From a virus (Duplodnaviria > Caudoviricetes), in the IMG/VR virus record IMGVR_UViG_3300030376_003139, positions 1 through 26,888 of that record: DNA of 26,888 bases; one strand, written 5' to 3'. Of this stretch, positions 1-8,525 are shown one piece after another; within the stretch, counting starts at the first letter, position 1; each line of letters opens with the position of its first letter. A program made the position numbers and the translations under genes. The notes under the pieces were generated by a model that was not told the origin of the DNA, searched no databases, and worked only from the letters and a program-made list of their open reading frames with translations.

Positions 1-3000
1 AATCAAGTCCTAACACAATCAGGAATTTTAGCAAGTGGAAAAATTTATAAATATTCTATTGACATAATATCATCTACTTTAAGTTCACAAGAAATAAGAG
101 TTTATATTGGAGGTACAGATTATTCAACACATATATTAAATGGAAGTGCTGAAACTATTGTAGCTTATGCAAAGTCAGCAGGTGCAAATTTACAGATTAG
201 GGTTAATTCAAGCAATACAAGTGGGGTATTAACAATAGACAACGTATCAGTAAAAGAGGTTTTACAAGATTGGGAAGTTTCAGATTATGGTGGAGTTTCA
301 GCAAGTGCATCATTAAGTTTAGATAATGGAGCAGTAAAAATATTAAAAACTGCTGATACTGATTGGCGAAGTAGTTTTTTAAGACAACCAATAACATATA
401 CAAATGGTAGTCATTATAAAGTTACATTTAAAATTAAAAATGGAGATGCCCCAAGTGCAAGTATATATGTAAGAAATGGTTATGATAGTAGTGGTCAAAC
501 TATAAAATCAGGTCTTGTTTTAACAAGCAGTTTTGTAGAACACACATATTATTTTACAGCAGATTCTAATTCGGTAGATATATCTTTTGGTAATGTACAA
601 TGGAACAACGCAGGTAGTGGAGAATACTTTTTTATAGATGATGTAACAGTCAAAGAAGTAGGGCAGCATTGGACATTTGGTGGTGGTTGGTCTTTAGAAA
701 ATGGTAAAGCAGTTTGTAGTTCACTAAGTAACAACTTAACACAAGATTTTGGTGTTATTGCTAATAGAGATTATAAGGTAACTGTTGAAGTTACTGATTA
801 TACAAGTGGTACTTTATATGTAGATTTAGGTGGTGCTTCTGCTCAAACAACATCATCATTAGGAAATAAAACATTTAATTTTACAACATCATCAACTGCT
901 CTTTTAAGATTTTATGGGGGTTCTTTTAGGGGTTCAATAGACAACATAGTAGTACAAGAACTAAAGCACGATGCTACAAACCTTATGCTTAATGCAGGTG
1001 CTTATCAGTCAGCGAATCCACTAATCACTTCTACTAAGAGTATGGACTTTGATGGTGTAGATGATTATTTACAAACACCTATATTAGACCAAGTAACTAT
1101 AGATAGTGATTCTAAATTTAGTTTAGGTTTATGGTTTAAAGCAAATACTTTAGGTCAAAAAATGGTATTTTCAACAAATAAGACAAGTGGTAATAGATTT
1201 TATTTATGGACTAATAGCAACACATTAGCTTTTGTTGCAGGTGCAGGTACAGCACCCTCTACAGGTTCAGAACCTACTATAGAAGCTAATAAATGGTATA
1301 ATTTTGTAGTAGTTGTTGATGGTTTAACTTTTACTGTTTATTTAGATGGAGTACAACAATATATTATTACTGAAAGTTCTTCTTATACTACTACTTCTTC
1401 TTTAGTTTTTGGTAGGCACGGAAGTTCATCAACTTATTATTATGATGGGTATATTACAGAAGCAGGTTATTGGGATAGAACACTAACTGCATTAGAAGTA
1501 GCATCACTATACAATCAAGGTATGCCTACTAATCTACTTGTAAATAGAAACGACTATCAATCAGGTAACCCTACAGTATTTAATACTAAGCAAGTTGATT
1601 TTGATGGTGTTGATGATTATATGGTAGTAACCAATAATTATGGTAGTTTTACAGGTACAGTATCAATGTGGTTTAAAAGAGATAATACAGGAAACTCTAT
1701 GTATTTAATAGATGCAAGAGGAACTTCAGCAGGGGGTACAGGTTATATAGGTGTAAATGGAAGTGCATATTTTACAAATGATGGAACAAGATATGTAGAT
1801 GGTGTAGCACAAACAACTATGCCTACAGATGCTAATTGGCATCACGTAGTTGTAACAGGAATTACTTTAGATATTGATGAAGATTTAAAAATAGGTTCAA
1901 GATATAATGAAGTTGAAGAATTAGAAGGCAATATAAGTCAGTTAGGTTTATGGAACTCTACACTAACTGCTGATGAAGTATCTTCTTTATACAATCACGG
2001 ATTACCTATTGACTTATCTACAGACCAAGCAGCTTATGAATCTTCATCTAACTTAGTAGGTTATTGGAGAATGGGTAGTGGTACACTAGATACTTATCCT
2101 GTTATCTATGACCAAACAGATACAACATCAGAAGCTATTACAGTAAAAATACCATCTACACAAACTTGGACAGATTCTAATGTAACAAGGGTTAATGATG
2201 ATTCTGCTAATAGTGTTAGTTTTACTACAACTACTGCAAGTGGTAATTATGCTCTTGGGTATATGTCTAGTGCAGGTTTATTAAATAGTAATTTAGCAGT
2301 AGGTGTGTATAAATTATCTTTTACACTATCTACAAACAGTACAGTTTTTGGTAATAATATGTTAATGAAATGGTATAACACAGGTACTACTTTTACACAA
2401 ACTACTGTTACTTTAGGTCAAAATACAGTTTATGGTATTATTACTTCTGCAAACAATAATTCTCATTTAAGTTTAACAGGTAATGCTATAGGTCAAAATA
2501 TTATAATTAGTAATATTACTTTAGATAAATTAAATGGCAACCCTGCAATAATGACAAACCAAACATCAAGTGATATTGAGAATGGTAGTCCTTATGCACA
2601 ACTATTACAAAGTAATGATTTTTCTAGTACAACAGGTTGGATATTAGATTCAGCAGCTTCTATTGATACATCTGCAGGTGTTTTGAATTTAAACACTCTT
2701 TCAGGGGGTGGAGGTGCAAGGCAAGTAGATTTAGGAATTATTCTTGGTAAAACTTATAAAGTTGTATATACTATAACACAAATTGATAATGGTCAAGTAT
2801 TTACAAGAATTGCGAGTACATCATCTACAGTAAGAACTACAGTTGGTACTTATACTGAGTTTATTACTGTAAGTGATTTTACTTTAGGAGATAGATTTGA
2901 TGTTAGAGGACATACAGGGGGAACAGCACAAATAAGCAACGTAACATTACAAGAAGTAAACACAGGATTACAAGGATATTGGAAGATGGGAGATGGTACT

Positions 3001-4650
3001 AATGATGAGTACCCTTATATTTACGACCAAGTTGACCCTACTTTAAATAGTGAGTTAGTTGTAAATGGTTCTTTTACAGGAGTTGCTAATGGTACTGATG
3101 TAACTACTTTAACAAATTGGAATTCTTATGGTTCTCCTACATCAAGAAATGTAGTAGATAATAAATTAGTAATAGTTGCAACAGGTGGTAATCAAGGTGC
3201 ATATTATGATTTAGGTTCTTTAACAGGTACATATAAATTATCTGTAGACATAACAGGAGATGTTGGTGCAGGTGGTATATATATTTCTGCGGCTAATGCT
3301 CATAATGTTACAACTTCAGTAGGAACTTTAGAATTTGCTTTTGTTGCTTCAGGTTCTACTATAATCTTTTTTAGAGCAGCAAATAATAATGCAGGAACAA
3401 CATCTTACACAAATATATCTGTTAAAAAAGTAAATGGTAATCTTGCAACTATGACTAATATGGTAGAGGGTAATATCACTAACCAATATCCACTAACAAA
3501 GATTAGAAACTACTATAGAATGGGAGATGGTATATTAGATGGTTATCCTATCATACAAGACCAAACAAGTCCTAATCTTGCACATATACCTACTACTAAT
3601 TTAGTAAATTACAATGATACTCAATCTCTATATGGGGTTACTAAAACTACAGTATCTCCACCAAGTGGTTATACAGGTGATGCATATAGATTTACTGAAG
3701 AAGCTACTACTGCACAGCATTATGCAAATCAACCAATAGCAACTGTTACAAGTGGTGTTACCTATACAATGTCTATGTATGTGAAAAGTTCATATAGTAG
3801 TGTGCAAATATACACAAATACTGCTCAAATAAATTCTAACGTAACTGTTGACACTATAAATGGTACACTATCAGGCGATACTCCTAATAAAATATCAGAT
3901 GCAGGAGATGGTTGGTGGAAAATACAATGGACACACCCTGCACAAGCAACTGCAACAACTACTATTTATTTAGTAGTAAAAGATTTAAGCAGCTATGCAG
4001 GTAGCACATCTAACTTTACTGAATATTTTGGAGTTCAATTAGAAGCACAAAGCCAAGCCACACCATTTTTAAACTCAATAGGAGTAAATGCAGTAAGAAA
4101 AGCAACAACTACTAACTTAGTGCCTTATAGTGAAGATTTATCACAATGGACTATAGCTAATGGAACAATAACACCTAATGCAATTGTGTCTCCTGATGGA
4201 ACACAAAATGCAGATAAAGTGGTGTTTAATAATACAGGTTTAGATTTAAAGACAACAATTACAGTTGTAGCAGGAGAAAGATACACTATAAGTTTTTACA
4301 TAAAATTAGAAAGTGGTACAGGTTTACAAGGTAGATTTTATGATAATAGTAATAGCACTAATATAGAATATTACACTTATACAAGTCAAATACAAGGAAC
4401 TGAATGGTCAAAAGTAACGAGGTCTGTAACTGCACCAAGTGGTTGTACTGAAATGCAAATATGGTTAATTGCAGCTTCATCAACTTTAGTTACTGCTTAT
4501 TTTTGGGGTGGTCAATTTGAACAACAAACACAAGCAGAAACGTATGCACCAACTTATGGATTACCTGTAACAATAGATTTATTCACAGAAAATAATTATG
4601 GAACTATGACTAACATGGTCGCAGGAGATATAGTAGAAGATACACCTTAA
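1..4650 (+). CDS. Giant LamG (concanavalin A-like)/carbohydrate-binding-module repeat virion protein, probable tail fibre/adhesin; 5'-truncated, at least 1549 aa
   Basis: Frame 1 is stop-free from base 1 (NQVLTQSGILASGKIYKY...) into the track ORF at 985. It has two LamG-type blocks (DFDGVDDY...W...LTAxEVxSLYN), three Y(W/Y)(R/K)MG..G....YP.I.DQ motifs and several beta-rich modules ending (D/S/T)N(V/I)(S/T)(V/L)xxV. Confidence 0.85.
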   Translation, partial: NQVLTQSGILASGKIYKYSIDIISSTLSSQEIRVYIGGTDYSTHILNGSAETIVAYAKSAGANLQIRVNSSNTSGVLTIDNVSVKEVLQDWEVSDYGGVSASASLSLDNGAVKILKTADTDWRSSFLRQPITYTNGSHYKVTFKIKNGDAPSASIYVRNGYDSSGQTIKSGLVLTSSFVEHTYYFTADSNSVDISFGNVQWNNAGSGEYFFIDDVTVKEVGQHWTFGGGWSLENGKAVCSSLSNNLTQDFGVIANRDYKVTVEVTDYTSGTLYVDLGGASAQTTSSLGNKTFNFTTSSTALLRFYGGSFRGSIDNIVVQELKHDATNLMLNAGAYQSANPLITSTKSMDFDGVDDYLQTPILDQVTIDSDSKFSLGLWFKANTLGQKMVFSTNKTSGNRFYLWTNSNTLAFVAGAGTAPSTGSEPTIEANKWYNFVVVVDGLTFTVYLDGVQQYIITESSSYTTTSSLVFGRHGSSSTYYYDGYITEAGYWDRTLTALEVASLYNQGMPTNLLVNRNDYQSGNPTVFNTKQVDFDGVDDYMVVTNNYGSFTGTVSMWFKRDNTGNSMYLIDARGTSAGGTGYIGVNGSAYFTNDGTRYVDGVAQTTMPTDANWHHVVVTGITLDIDEDLKIGSRYNEVEELEGNISQLGLWNSTLTADEVSSLYNHGLPIDLSTDQAAYESSSNLVGYWRMGSGTLDTYPVIYDQTDTTSEAITVKIPSTQTWTDSNVTRVNDDSANSVSFTTTTASGNYALGYMSSAGLLNSNLAVGVYKLSFTLSTNSTVFGNNMLMKWYNTGTTFTQTTVTLGQNTVYGIITSANNNSHLSLTGNAIGQNIIISNITLDKLNGNPAIMTNQTSSDIENGSPYAQLLQSNDFSSTTGWILDSAASIDTSAGVLNLNTLSGGGGARQVDLGIILGKTYKVVYTITQIDNGQVFTRIASTSSTVRTTVGTYTEFITVSDFTLGDRFDVRGHTGGTAQISNVTLQEVNTGLQGYWKMGDGTNDEYPYIYDQVDPTLNSELVVNGSFTGVANGTDVTTLTNWNSYGSPTSRNVVDNKLVIVATGGNQGAYYDLGSLTGTYKLSVDITGDVGAGGIYISAANAHNVTTSVGTLEFAFVASGSTIIFFRAANNNAGTTSYTNISVKKVNGNLATMTNMVEGNITNQYPLTKIRNYYRMGDGILDGYPIIQDQTSPNLAHIPTTNLVNYNDTQSLYGVTKTTVSPPSGYTGDAYRFTEEATTAQHYANQPIATVTSGVTYTMSMYVKSSYSSVQIYTNTAQINSNVTVDTINGTLSGDTPNKISDAGDGWWKIQWTHPAQATATTTIYLVVKDLSSYAGSTSNFTEYFGVQLEAQSQATPFLNSIGVNAVRKATTTNLVPYSEDLSQWTIANGTITPNAIVSPDGTQNADKVVFNNTGLDLKTTITVVAGERYTISFYIKLESGTGLQGRFYDNSNSTNIEYYTYTSQIQGTEWSKVTRSVTAPSGCTEMQIWLIAASSTLVTAYFWGGQFEQQTQAETYAPTYGLPVTIDLFTENNYGTMTNMVAGDIVEDTP

Positions 4651-4662
4651 AAAAATAAAATT

Positions 4663-4908
4663 ATGATATATACAACACCAAACACAAGTTTATTGACAGA
4701 AGTAGATGCAGAGGGAAACCCTGTATGCGACTTCTCACAAATTGTAGAGGATAGTCCTGCTACAGTTAGAAAGTCAGTAGATGGTACATTATTTATTGCT
4801 AAATTTGATGGCGATACTCCAACTTTTTTAGATGGATTAGACCAATATACTCACGAGGAGATATTAGCAATAGTAAGAACATCAGCTTGGACACCTGAAC
4901 AAGAATAA
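4663..4908 (+). CDS. Small acidic hypothetical protein following the LamG protein (possible fibre chaperone or partner)
   Basis: 81 aa, ATG after an A-rich leader; motif DFSQIVEDSPATVRKSVDGT...YTHEEIL...W. Function inferred from position only. Confidence 0.7.
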   Translation: MIYTTPNTSLLTEVDAEGNPVCDFSQIVEDSPATVRKSVDGTLFIAKFDGDTPTFLDGLDQYTHEEILAIVRTSAWTPEQE

Positions 4909-4911
4909 GAT

Positions 4912-5268
4912 ATGCCTTGTTTAAAATGTGAAAACGGATTATGGAGATTTGGAGAAAGCGGTAAATGCCAATATTCTTCTAAATCTGAATGTGATGCTGC
5001 AAATGCTGATTATTATGCAGAGACAACGGAGTATGATTATACGTTTAATTTTACTTATGAACAAATGGAGGAATTACACGAAAACGGTCAGATTTTAGTT
5101 CATATAGAAAATGATAACCAAGAAATGGATATATTATTTACTTATAACGCTGATAAAGATGATGAAGAAATAGAAAAAGAAATTTATGACAATCTTACTA
5201 ATTCTTTGTTAGATGACGAGCTTGATGAATATATTAATAAATTAACAAACTCAATAAAGCAACTATAA
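4912..5268 (+). CDS. Hypothetical protein with N-terminal Cys motif and acidic C-terminus
   Basis: 118 aa, MPCLKC...GKCQYSSKSEC; TAATG overlap with the next gene. Confidence 0.7.
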   Translation: MPCLKCENGLWRFGESGKCQYSSKSECDAANADYYAETTEYDYTFNFTYEQMEELHENGQILVHIENDNQEMDILFTYNADKDDEEIEKEIYDNLTNSLLDDELDEYINKLTNSIKQL

Positions 5269-5672
5269 TGTCAGACGAAAAAAGAAAAAAACTACAAGAA
5301 AAAAACATTAATAAGCTTAATCCTTATAAGGAGAGAGTAAAAAAATATTTTCCTAATGGTGGGGAGATTTGTACTGAAGGTAGAAAAAAGGGAACAAAAA
5401 TAGTTAGAAAAACTACGCAAATTAGCAGAAATGCATTAACTTGGGCATTAGAAGGACATTCAACAAAAATTAGAATGGCATTAGATTCTTTATTTGCTGA
5501 AAATCCTGAAGCATATATTAACGCTGTATCTAAATTGCTTAATTATACAGTTCCAAAACTTTCTTCTTCAGAGATTAATGACAAAACAACCAAGAAAGTC
5601 AAGATTGAACTTAATGATGATGTAAGCATTGAAGATTTAAGAGCAAAAATTGACGAAATTGACAACAACTGA
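5268..5672 (+). CDS. terS: Probable terminase small subunit
   Basis: 134 aa, basic N-terminus with GRKKG, helical middle; overlaps the start of terL. Confidence 0.6.
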   Translation: MSDEKRKKLQEKNINKLNPYKERVKKYFPNGGEICTEGRKKGTKIVRKTTQISRNALTWALEGHSTKIRMALDSLFAENPEAYINAVSKLLNYTVPKLSSSEINDKTTKKVKIELNDDVSIEDLRAKIDEIDNN

Positions 5673-7104
5673 TAACACACTTAAGTTTGCACTAGAAAAA
5701 AAACTATGCGAACTTTCATTCTACGAATTTTTTAAACAAGCTTGGCACATTGTTGAACCTTCTATTGAGCTATCTACTAATTGGCATCATAAATATCTGT
5801 GTGACTTATTACAAAAAGAAGCAGAAAGAATAATTGCTAATAAACCAAAGACAAAGGATATTGTAATTAATATACCTTTCCGTTCAACCAAATCACTTTT
5901 AGTTACTGTAATGTTTCCTGTGTGGGCTTGGATTAGAAATCCTAAGTTTAGATTTATAACAGCCTCATATTCAGCAGAATTATCTATAGAACACGCTACT
6001 AGAAGTAGAGATGTAATAAACTCTGAATGGTTTAAAGATAGGTGGTCAGATGTGTTTCACATTAAGAGAGACCAAAACTTAAAAGCAAGATACGAGAATA
6101 ATTTTTTAGGCGTAAGAAGGGCGACATCAGTTGGGGGTACGGTAACAGGGCAGGGGGGAGATTTTCTATTGGTAGATGACCCTGTATCACCCCAACACGC
6201 AGCATCAGAAGTAGAAAGAGAAAATGCCAATGAGTGGTATAGAACAACATTCTATTCTCGTTTAAATAATCCATTAACAGGAGTAAGAATTGTTATTATG
6301 CAAAGAATACACGATAACGATTTAAGTGGTTTCTTATTAAATGGTGGTGAGAGTAGATTAAAATATAAACATATTTGTATACCTGCTGAATTATCTGATG
6401 ACATTAAGCCTAAAATATTAAAAGATAATTATGATGAAGATGGCTTGTTTTGGACAGATAGATTTAGTAGAAGTATTTTAGATGATTATAAGCAGGCTTT
6501 AGGGAGTTATGGATATGCAGGTCAGCTAATGCAGACCCCAACACCTCTTAATTCAGGAATGATAAGAGCAGATTGGTTTAAAATAGACCAATTTAAGCAC
6601 ACTACAGAACACGCAACGGTAGATTTTGTTATAGACCCTGCATATACTGCAAATGAAAAAAATGACCCTTCCGCTATGCTTGCTTACACTTTCAAAGATA
6701 ATAAGTGGCAAATAATAGATTGTGTGAATGTTCGTAAAGAATTTCCTGAATTAGTTAAGTTTATACCACAATGGGTAGCTAAAAATGGATATACTAACAG
6801 AAGTAGAGTTTATGTAGAGCCTAAAGCATCAGGAAAATCTATTGTACAAACATTAAAAAAAGAGACAGGATTAAATGTTAGAGAAGATAAGCCGCCATCC
6901 AAAGATAAGGTAGCAAGAGTGCAAGATATTAGTGCTTCTTTAGAAACAGGAAGGGTGAGTTTATTGAAGGGAGATTGGAATGAAGAATTTTTACAACAGC
7001 TTGTTAAATTTCCATCAGCAAAACACGACGATATGGTAGATTGCTTAGTAATGGCAATCAATAAACATATGTGGAATCACTCTAAAATATTATATTTTTC
7101 CTAA
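5650..7104 (+). CDS. terL: Terminase large subunit
   Basis: Walker A-like INIPFRSTKS, ASYS motif, TGQGGD with Walker B FLLVDDP, MQR coupling motif, RNase H-like nuclease motifs DPAY, VEPKASG and HDDMVD. TTG start; the first ATG lies after the Walker A. Confidence 0.95.
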   Translation: MTKLTTTDNTLKFALEKKLCELSFYEFFKQAWHIVEPSIELSTNWHHKYLCDLLQKEAERIIANKPKTKDIVINIPFRSTKSLLVTVMFPVWAWIRNPKFRFITASYSAELSIEHATRSRDVINSEWFKDRWSDVFHIKRDQNLKARYENNFLGVRRATSVGGTVTGQGGDFLLVDDPVSPQHAASEVERENANEWYRTTFYSRLNNPLTGVRIVIMQRIHDNDLSGFLLNGGESRLKYKHICIPAELSDDIKPKILKDNYDEDGLFWTDRFSRSILDDYKQALGSYGYAGQLMQTPTPLNSGMIRADWFKIDQFKHTTEHATVDFVIDPAYTANEKNDPSAMLAYTFKDNKWQIIDCVNVRKEFPELVKFIPQWVAKNGYTNRSRVYVEPKASGKSIVQTLKKETGLNVREDKPPSKDKVARVQDISASLETGRVSLLKGDWNEEFLQQLVKFPSAKHDDMVDCLVMAINKHMWNHSKILYFS

Positions 7105-7115
7105 AATTTCTTGGA

Positions 7116-7162
7116 TTTCCAAAAACTTCTAGTATAGTATAAAAAAAAATCTTATAATTGCG
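7116..7162 (+). promoter_or_regulatory. Putative phage late promoter 1 (tail block)
   Basis: TTTCCAAAAACT (7116) and TATAATTGCG (7153), 37-nt offset, in the gap after terL. An extra TTTCCTAAAA copy lies at 7097. Confidence 0.6.
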
Positions 7163-7178
7163 AAATTATAAGGATAAT

Positions 7179-7607
7179 ATGAAGTTGCAAAGTATAAATG
7201 AAGAACACGAAGTCCTAATTAGGCGTTATGTTAACTTTATTAAAGGTATAGCATACGAAGCTACCGAACATTGTGAGTATGGTAAGTTTGATGATTATAA
7301 TGATATTTTGAAAAACATTATTAAATACACGAATGAGTTTCAAGAAATTATTGAAAACAATCATCAGACTAAAGAATGGGTATTTATGTCTCCTAATTTA
7401 ATGCTTTATTCGTGTATGGGTTTTTTAACAGGTATAAAGAACAGGCATAATTACGAAATGATTGATTCTTTATCTGAAATACTTTTTGAAAAGACAATAG
7501 ATGTTGTAGAAAAGACCTCAACAATTATTGAGAGTATGGAATATGCGCAATTAAAAAAAGAAAAAATAGAACTTATAAAAATAAAAAGAAATGAGCATAG
7601 TAATTAG
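7179..7607 (+). CDS. Hypothetical protein
   Basis: ATG at 7179 preferred over TTG at 7158, which lies inside the promoter box; 142 aa, helical; no recognised motif. Confidence 0.7.
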   Translation: MKLQSINEEHEVLIRRYVNFIKGIAYEATEHCEYGKFDDYNDILKNIIKYTNEFQEIIENNHQTKEWVFMSPNLMLYSCMGFLTGIKNRHNYEMIDSLSEILFEKTIDVVEKTSTIIESMEYAQLKKEKIELIKIKRNEHSN

Positions 7608-8292
7608 CCTGAAGCAGGGTGATGAGAAAAGAGATGTTACAATTCCAACTGAATGGAAGGATATGACATTGGAGTATTGGTGTGGAATGACAACAATAAT
7701 AAAAACACATTTTGATAGAGCTGCACTAAGGAGAAATTCTAAAAACGACAAACAAGAGGAAATAGACCATACTGTAGAATATTTAGAGTTTGTAGATAAT
7801 CAATTAGAGGATTTTCAAAATATACAAATGAATAGAGATTTATTTGGTTATATGACGGGCTTAGACAAGGAGTCTATGAAACTAATAGACATTGAAAGTG
7901 TAAATAAAGTAATAAGTGTTTTAGATGGTCTTGTAGATGAATACAAGCCAAAAGGTTTGCGTTCTTTTGAATGTGAAGGAGAAACATACTATTTTCCATC
8001 AGAATTTCTAAGACAAAATACTTATGGAGATTATATAGAGGCTACACAGCTTGAAATGTATATAGAGTCAATGAAGCACGGTAAGTTTGATGTATTGCCT
8101 GAGCAGATGGCTATTTTATGCAGAAAATTAGATGAACAGTATGATGATGATGCTATACCACAAAAAACAGAAATGTTTAAGAAGTTAACAATGGACGTCG
8201 TTTGGGAGTTCGGTTTTTTTTTGACTCAGCAAAACATAAGATTAGCGAAACTTTCAAATATGTATTCGGAGAAAAAAGAGCTAGTCAAATGA
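7591..8292 (+). CDS. Probable tail assembly chaperone (gpG-like)
   Basis: 233 aa, IPTEWKDMTL, TYGDYIEA, MAILCRK, and EFGFFL over a T9 run; overlapped by an open -1 frame. Confidence 0.6.
   Translation: MSIVISLKQGDEKRDVTIPTEWKDMTLEYWCGMTTIIKTHFDRAALRRNSKNDKQEEIDHTVEYLEFVDNQLEDFQNIQMNRDLFGYMTGLDKESMKLIDIESVNKVISVLDGLVDEYKPKGLRSFECEGETYYFPSEFLRQNTYGDYIEATQLEMYIESMKHGKFDVLPEQMAILCRKLDEQYDDDAIPQKTEMFKKLTMDVVWEFGFFLTQQNIRLAKLSNMYSEKKELVK
8212..8222 (+). other. Candidate -1 ribosomal frameshift slippery site (GG followed by T9; T TTT TTT at 8214-8220)
   Basis: The X XXY YYZ pattern is phased with the upstream ORF, and the -1 frame stays open to 8525. Confidence 0.6.
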
Positions 8293-8525
8293 TAGTTAAA
8301 ACCCAAAACCTCTATGATGTATATGTGAAGCCGTTTGGTTGGCTTAATAGTCTTTATATGCTTGCTGAGAAGGGTATATTTAAAACAGAAGGAATGAACG
8401 GTATAGAAAGCGTTAAAAATACTAATCTCTACAAGGTTTTAAGCTATCTAAGTTGGATAACAGCTACAAATGAATACGAATCTAAAGTACAAGAAAAAAT
8501 ACACAATCCAAATAAAATAACTTAA
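8220..8525 (+). CDS. gpT-like C-terminal part of the tail chaperone (frameshift product), or an independent 78-aa gene from ATG 8289
   Basis: FGWLNSLYMLA...LYKVLSYLSW; TAATG coupling to the next gene; ATGA overlap at 8289-8292. Confidence 0.6.
   Translation, partial: FDSAKHKISETFKYVFGEKRASQMIVKTQNLYDVYVKPFGWLNSLYMLAEKGIFKTEGMNGIESVKNTNLYKVLSYLSWITATNEYESKVQEKIHNPNKIT

Noticed and set aside
985-987. ATG 985 as the start of the fibre gene
   Set aside because: The frame is open and protein-like from base 1, and this Met lies inside a repeated linker motif.
1045-1620. Near-identical 24-nt repeats (1045, 1597) as a DGR template/variable pair or CRISPR repeats
   Set aside because: Only two short copies, differing at synonymous positions of DFDGVDDY; no reverse transcriptase, spacers or cas genes seen.
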